From Octopus vulgaris (Eukaryota), in assembly GCA_951406725.2 (NCBI GenBank), contig OX597819.1, positions 62,372,001-62,436,000 of the forward strand: a DNA stretch of 64,000 nt, read 5' to 3'. A model generated the notes under the pieces. The model saw only the letters and a list, made by a program, of their open reading frames with translations, ran no database searches and was not told the DNA's origin. The translations under genes and the position numbers were made by a program. This document shows positions 58,179 through 64,000 of the stretch, one piece after another (the stretch's first letter is position 1; every line of letters starts with the position of its first letter).

Positions 58179-58880
58179 TGTATGTATGTATGTATCTATC
58201 TATCTATATCGTTACTATTATTTTAAACTGTCGTATGTCCAAATTTGTCCAAATGCGATTTTTGCCATATTTACTTTTGTTTGCAATAGTCGGTTCTTTT
58301 GGTTAAACTATCGTATCTCCAGGTGCTTCAGATGCTAAGATATCAAAGTGCAGAACAACAGTTTAGCATGTTTCAAAAGCGTAGTAAGTCCCACATACGA
58401 CAGTTTCAAAAAAATATTTCTCTCTGAAAATATCATACATGCATGGAGTTTTCGATTTTATGCACCCAACAAAGTATTATTGTCAAGCTGAAACTGTTGC
58501 TAATGTAAAAAGAAACGGAATGGTGAAACTATTTTTTCGTTTTCTGAATAACACTTTTCACTGATAGCAACTATTATTATTTTTATTGTATCTAAATTTT
58601 TGTAACATTGTCCGTTTTTTCCGTCCTCGTTTTTGTATACATTCGCTGCTTTCTTTCAAGGAATCTAATGCTCGTAGCTTAGTTTTTCCTTGGGGCTGGA
58701 CAGATTGGGGCAATCTCAAGAATAATCAGCCGAAATTGCGAGGATAATCTGCTGCTTGACTGACGATAGAGGGCTTCGAATGACTCGTCCTTGTTTTCTT
58801 TGTATCGTTTATCTGTATGTTTTGTTGCCCCATTTTTGCATCACCTAGCTGTCCGGATGTTTTGCGTTCTTGTCCCATTT

Positions 58881-58939
<59 letters not shown>

Positions 58940-59221
58940 CGTACGTACACTTTGGTTTCTCTCTCTCTCTCTCTCGCTACATACACACACACATACACAC
59001 ACACACACATATATACACAGGTGCGCGCGGACACACACATATAAGGAAGGGACGGTTAGTATTTAATTCGAAAATCAGCTGGTGGTTGGTTTCATAAGAC
59101 TGTTGAGGACAACGACCGGTTTAACTCCGAGGTCGCTGTCAACATTTCTTCTATGAAAATAAATGTGATATTCTACTAAAATAGACCCAGTGGTCCTTCA
59201 ATAAATTTTTGTAATGTATGC

Positions 59222-59258
<37 letters not shown>

Positions 59259-59784
59259 CTTATACACATAAAAAGCACTTTGATATATGTCTGTACGTAT
59301 ATTAAATATGCATTTACAGATGTATTGATATACAAATATAAACATATGATTGCATATATATAAACATATAGACACACACATTATACAAACATTCGAACAC
59401 TCGTACATACATAGAAACGTACGTGTAACATATGTGCGTTTGTGTATGCAAGCATGTGTATGCACCAGTATATTATTTGTGTAAAGATTGTTTGTAAAAC
59501 GCTGGCAAAATTCCAGAAGGATCACAAGACGCCAAAGTAGCATGTCTGGTGTTTTGTGTGTGGTAAACTACGATGGTGAATTTCTACATAACAAACGCTC
59601 GAACACACACGCTCGCGCGCGCGCGCGCACACACACACATGCACGCCACACAGAACCACGCACTCTACAACACATACATGCACACACACATACACACATA
59701 GATATACAATATATGTATATATATTTATAAATATATATTACACACACACACACAAACATATATATATATATATATATATACACA

Positions 59785-59831
59785 TCTCAGTTTTATGGCT
59801 AAGATCAAGGTTTAATACCTACTCTTAATAG

Positions 59832-59839
<8 letters not shown>
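59785..59839 (+). pseudogene. U2 snRNA 5' fragment (truncated pseudogene)
   Basis: TCTCAGTTTTATGGCTAAGATCAAG...TCTTAATAGTTTAATAT aligns by eye with U2 TCTCGGCCTTTTGGCTAAGATCAAG...TCTTATCAGTTTAATAT. The branch-site recognition sequence is mutated. Confidence 0.7.
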
Positions 59840-59865
<26 letters not shown>

Positions 59866-59940
59866 GTATATCTTTATATGACTTTGCATTGATATGTATA
59901 TATATATATTTACCTACCTACCTACCTATATATATATATA

Positions 59941-59983
<43 letters not shown>

Positions 59984-60093
59984 GCATATATATATGAATA
60001 CATATATACATATATATATACATATATATTTATATATTTATGTATGAAGGTAAATATATATATGTATATATATAGACACACATTCATATGTAT

Positions 60094-60194
<101 letters not shown>

Positions 60195-60521
60195 TACATA
60201 CAAATATATATTTATAGCGAAAAGCTTGTCTTTGAAACAAGTAGTGATGATTACGCATCATTTTTATTAATGGTTAAGAATTTCATGTTCGTCTTTGATC
60301 TTCATGGAACAATATCATATACATCTGTTCATCTATCTATTCATGCACATGTACGCACACACACGTATATTTTATACTTGCACACACACACACACACACA
60401 CACATGCATGCACACATGCACGCACACATGCATGCACACATGCACGCACTTACACATGCACCTACATGCATACACATATATTTTTATATTTGCACACATA
60501 CACACATACACACACGCAAGT

Positions 60522-60559
<38 letters not shown>

Positions 60560-61065
60560 GCATATAACTGGCCCTCCGTCAGTTACGGCGACGAAGGTTC
60601 CAGTTTATCTGATCAACGGAACAGCCTGTTCGTGAAATTAACGTGCAAGTAGCTGAACACTCCACAGACACATGTACCCTTATCGTAGTTCCTCAGGAAG
60701 ATTCAGTGTGACACAAAATGTGACAAGGCTGGCCTTTTGAATTACAGGTACAACTCACTTTTGCCAGCTGTAGCAACGTGAAATAAAGTGTCTTGCTCAA
60801 GGACACAACGCGTCGCCGGGAATTGAACTCACAACCTTAAGATCGTGAGGAATACATGAAACACGGACTACCACCGTTTCATGGCAAAGCAATGCTTATT
60901 ACATTAAATTGTAACATAAATAGAACCAGCTTAGCTAATATTCCGGTCCTTTTAACTATAAGTATGTATATACTCACCCTCTCTCCCCTCCACTCCTATC
61001 GTCCTTCCTTCCTTCCTTCCCGATTTTTCCACCCCAGAATTGAACTCCCACCTGTCTCCGCATAC

Positions 61066-61140
<75 letters not shown>

Positions 61141-61872
61141 TTGTTTATCTTCTTCTTTCTCACTTCCTCTATGTTTTTCTGATTATTCTGATGAAAGACT
61201 AACGTCCGAAATGTTACAGCGCTTTCTCTTCCCACCAAAGCCTTAACCTTATTCGTTGTTGTAAGGCGGCGAGCTGGCAGAATCGTTAGCATGCCGGGCG
61301 AAATGCTTAACGGTATTTCGTCTGTCGTTACGCTGTGAGTTCAAATTCCGCCGAGGTCGACTTTGCCTTTCATCCTTTCGGGGTCGATAAATTAAGTACC
61401 AGTTACGCACTGGGGTCGATGGAATCGACTTAATACCTATGTCTGTCCTTGTTTGTCCCATCTATGTTTAGCCCCTTGTGGGTAATAAAGAAATAGGTAT
61501 TTCGTCTGTCTTTATGTCCTGAGTTCAAGTTTCGCCGGGATCGACATTGCCTTTCATCCTTTCGGCGTCGATTAAACAAGTACCAGTTATGCACTGAGGT
61601 CGATGTAATCGACTATCCCCTTCCCTATAAATCCGAGGCTTTGTGTTTCAGTAGAAAGGATTATATATTATATCTTGAATTTAAAATGCTCATTTTGCAA
61701 CCACTTGGTTTCGGGTTCGGTCCCATAGTGCCGCTCCATGGGCAAGTGTCTTTTATTATAACCTCGAGCCGACTAATGTCTCTTGAGTGAATTTGGTAGA
61801 CGGAAACTCCGTGGAATCCCGTTGTGTGATTATATATTTATATCTATCTCTTTCTCTCTCTCACTCACTCAC

Positions 61873-61985
<113 letters not shown>

Positions 61986-62050
61986 GCATGTATGTATGTA
62001 TGTATGTATGTATGTATGTATGTATGTATGTATGTATGTATGTATGTATG

Positions 62051-62090
<40 letters not shown>

Positions 62091-62119
62091 TGTGCGTGTC
62101 TGTGTGCTTTTGTGTTTGT

Positions 62120-62345
62120 CACGCACTCGGGCCTCTCGGGCGGCTCCAACTCCTTCGTTCCTCAGAGCACGCATCCTAGCTCTGACAACGCATCCTTCGT
62201 GTATGGCGTTGAAATGTTGGTCGTGGACCAACCTCGTCGCCAGTACGTAGGACGCGATGACAGTTCTAAGTGTCTCTTCTAATTTCTTAACTAGGTCTCC
62301 CTCTATTCTATTTCGGTCTAATGCTAAGGCCTTACTGTACCTCAC
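62120..62345 (-). mobile_element. Possible L1/Tx1-like ORF2 fragment
   Basis: [17 protein letters not shown] resembles the G..IRSR..W..EGE segment that follows the endonuclease in Tx1/L1 ORF2. No splice sites that fit the host gene. Confidence 0.4.
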
Positions 62346-62424
62346 CGAAAGAAAGATCGATCGATAGATAGATAGGTTGATAGATGATAGATAAATTGAT
62401 AGATAGACAGACAGACAGACAGAC

Positions 62425-62479
<55 letters not shown>

Positions 62480-62813
62480 GAGATAGATAGATAGATAGAT
62501 AGATAGATAGTTAGATAATTAGATAGAGAGAGTTCACATCAAGAATACGAAAATGAAATGAAACTAAATTTGCAACCAAACTTTTACTCTTGAGTAAACT
62601 ATTCCTGTGGCGTGTTTGAACTCAAATCTTTAAAGCAGGGAGTACTGAGTCGACCATCTCATCTCTGCCAAAATCCAACATTCTGGCAGACGTTCTCATG
62701 TGGTTGTAACGACTCGGTGGGGCAAGTATGTCGGAGAAATCTTAGAAGAAATATCGTAACAGCGGAGGTGCTTGTAAGCGGTCGCTCTAGGGTTTGGAAA
62801 TAGAAGCTAGCTC

Positions 62814-62887
<74 letters not shown>

Positions 62888-63194
62888 ACTCTGTCAGACC
62901 GCCGACTAAAAAATATGTAGCCAGCGACTATACATTGGATGATGTAGTCCTAGATACATATATCAAGAAAAATGAAACAATATAAAACTAGAAATAAAAA
63001 AAAAACGCATAGCAAAAAAAAAAATCAAAGCTGGAACGACTGTGATCATTGACCACCACAATCTCTTTGACCTGGGACTAAATAACAACAACAACAACAA
63101 CAGCAGCAGCAAGAATAAGAACAAGAACAATATCTGTTACTTGTAACATGGTACACTGCGTTAATACTCGGAGCAGCATGTTGCGTTTACTGAC

Positions 63195-63401
63195 CTTTGG
63201 GCAAGCATTCTCTTATAGGACAGCATTCGCCTTTCACATATCTTTCAACTGGATGTGGACATCGATTCAAATCTATTTTACTCTCTTGGCACAATGGTTG
63301 ACACAGTATATGTCCCTTCTGGCATACACATCTCTTTTGGCATCCAACGTTCCAGTTTTCTCCGTTCCCGAATGTCATGTTTCCGCTTTCACAATTCTCC
63401 C
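63195..63401 (-). CDS. Coding exon (VWC domain) of a multi-exon VWC/FN3 extracellular protein; most 5' exon visible
   Basis: Poly-T CAG acceptor at 63402-63403 and G|GTCAGT donor at 63194. 207 bp, phase 1-1. Translation ENCESGNMTFGNGENWNVGCQKRCVCQKGHILCQPLC...CPHP...GECCPIRECLPK has VWC cysteine spacing (CxxCxC...C...CCPxxxC). Confidence 0.9.
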
Positions 63402-63821
63402 CTGAAAAAAAAAAAAAAAAAAGAAATCCTTTATTTGTTGCTCAGAGAGGCCTTACACAGACTTACAAAACTTTTAAATATAAACGATTACAAGTAACTT
63501 ATTCGGATCTACAGTAATCCCTTGTCATATCGCGGTTTACCTATCGCGGTTCACTTATCGCGGTTTATTTTTAAGCTTACGCCGATTCCTCCGTGGTGTT
63601 GATTTGCCTTTGTAATAAAATGATATATACAACTAAAAAAAATGATGAAACAAATATAGAATAGGCGCAGGAGTGGCTGTTTGATAAGTAGCTTGTTTAC
63701 CAATCAAATGATTCTGTGTTCAGGCCCACAGCGTGGCACCTTGGGAAAGTGTCTTCTACTTTAGCCCCGGGCCGAGCAAAGCCTTGTGAATGGATTTAAT
63801 GGAAACTGAAATAAGCCCGTC

Positions 63822-63879
<58 letters not shown>

Positions 63880-64000
63880 ATGTATGTATGTATATGTGTA
63901 AGTATGTATGTATATATGTCTGTATGTATGTATGTATGTATGTATGTATGTATGTATGTATGTATGTATGTATGTATGTGTATATGCTTGTCTGTCCCCC

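Noticed and set aside
62659-62790. Possible minus-strand exon after the first VWC exon
   Set aside because: It reaches a stop with no good donor, and its distal part resembles a SINE tail.

Overview
This is AT-rich, extremely microsatellite-dense eukaryotic DNA. Its SINE families and repeat texture point to a coleoid cephalopod, most likely an octopus (inference). Almost all ORFs in the supplied track are microsatellite artefacts. The whole window lies inside one minus-strand gene for an extracellular multidomain protein. Seven frame-compatible exons were recovered: four phase 1-1 VWC exons (63195-63401, 51491-51718, 45982-46194, 10726-10923), one FN3 exon with long insertions (48370-48948), and two downstream exons (4863-5124, 563-753), the last ending at a probable GC-AG donor. 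The introns hold a nearly intact DD34D mariner, a decayed IR/DR-type Tc1, Helitron pieces, a hAT MITE, several LINE remnants, many tRNA-derived SINEs and a U2 snRNA fragment. The most unexpected signal is a set of minimal type-I hammerhead ribozyme motifs from several unrelated repeat families. One is a ~363-bp tandem repeat (retrozyme-like) whose hammerhead has a compensatory U3-A8 core pair. Three others have unusually long helix II and a palindromic or near-palindromic helix III. All folds were read by eye and none has been tested.
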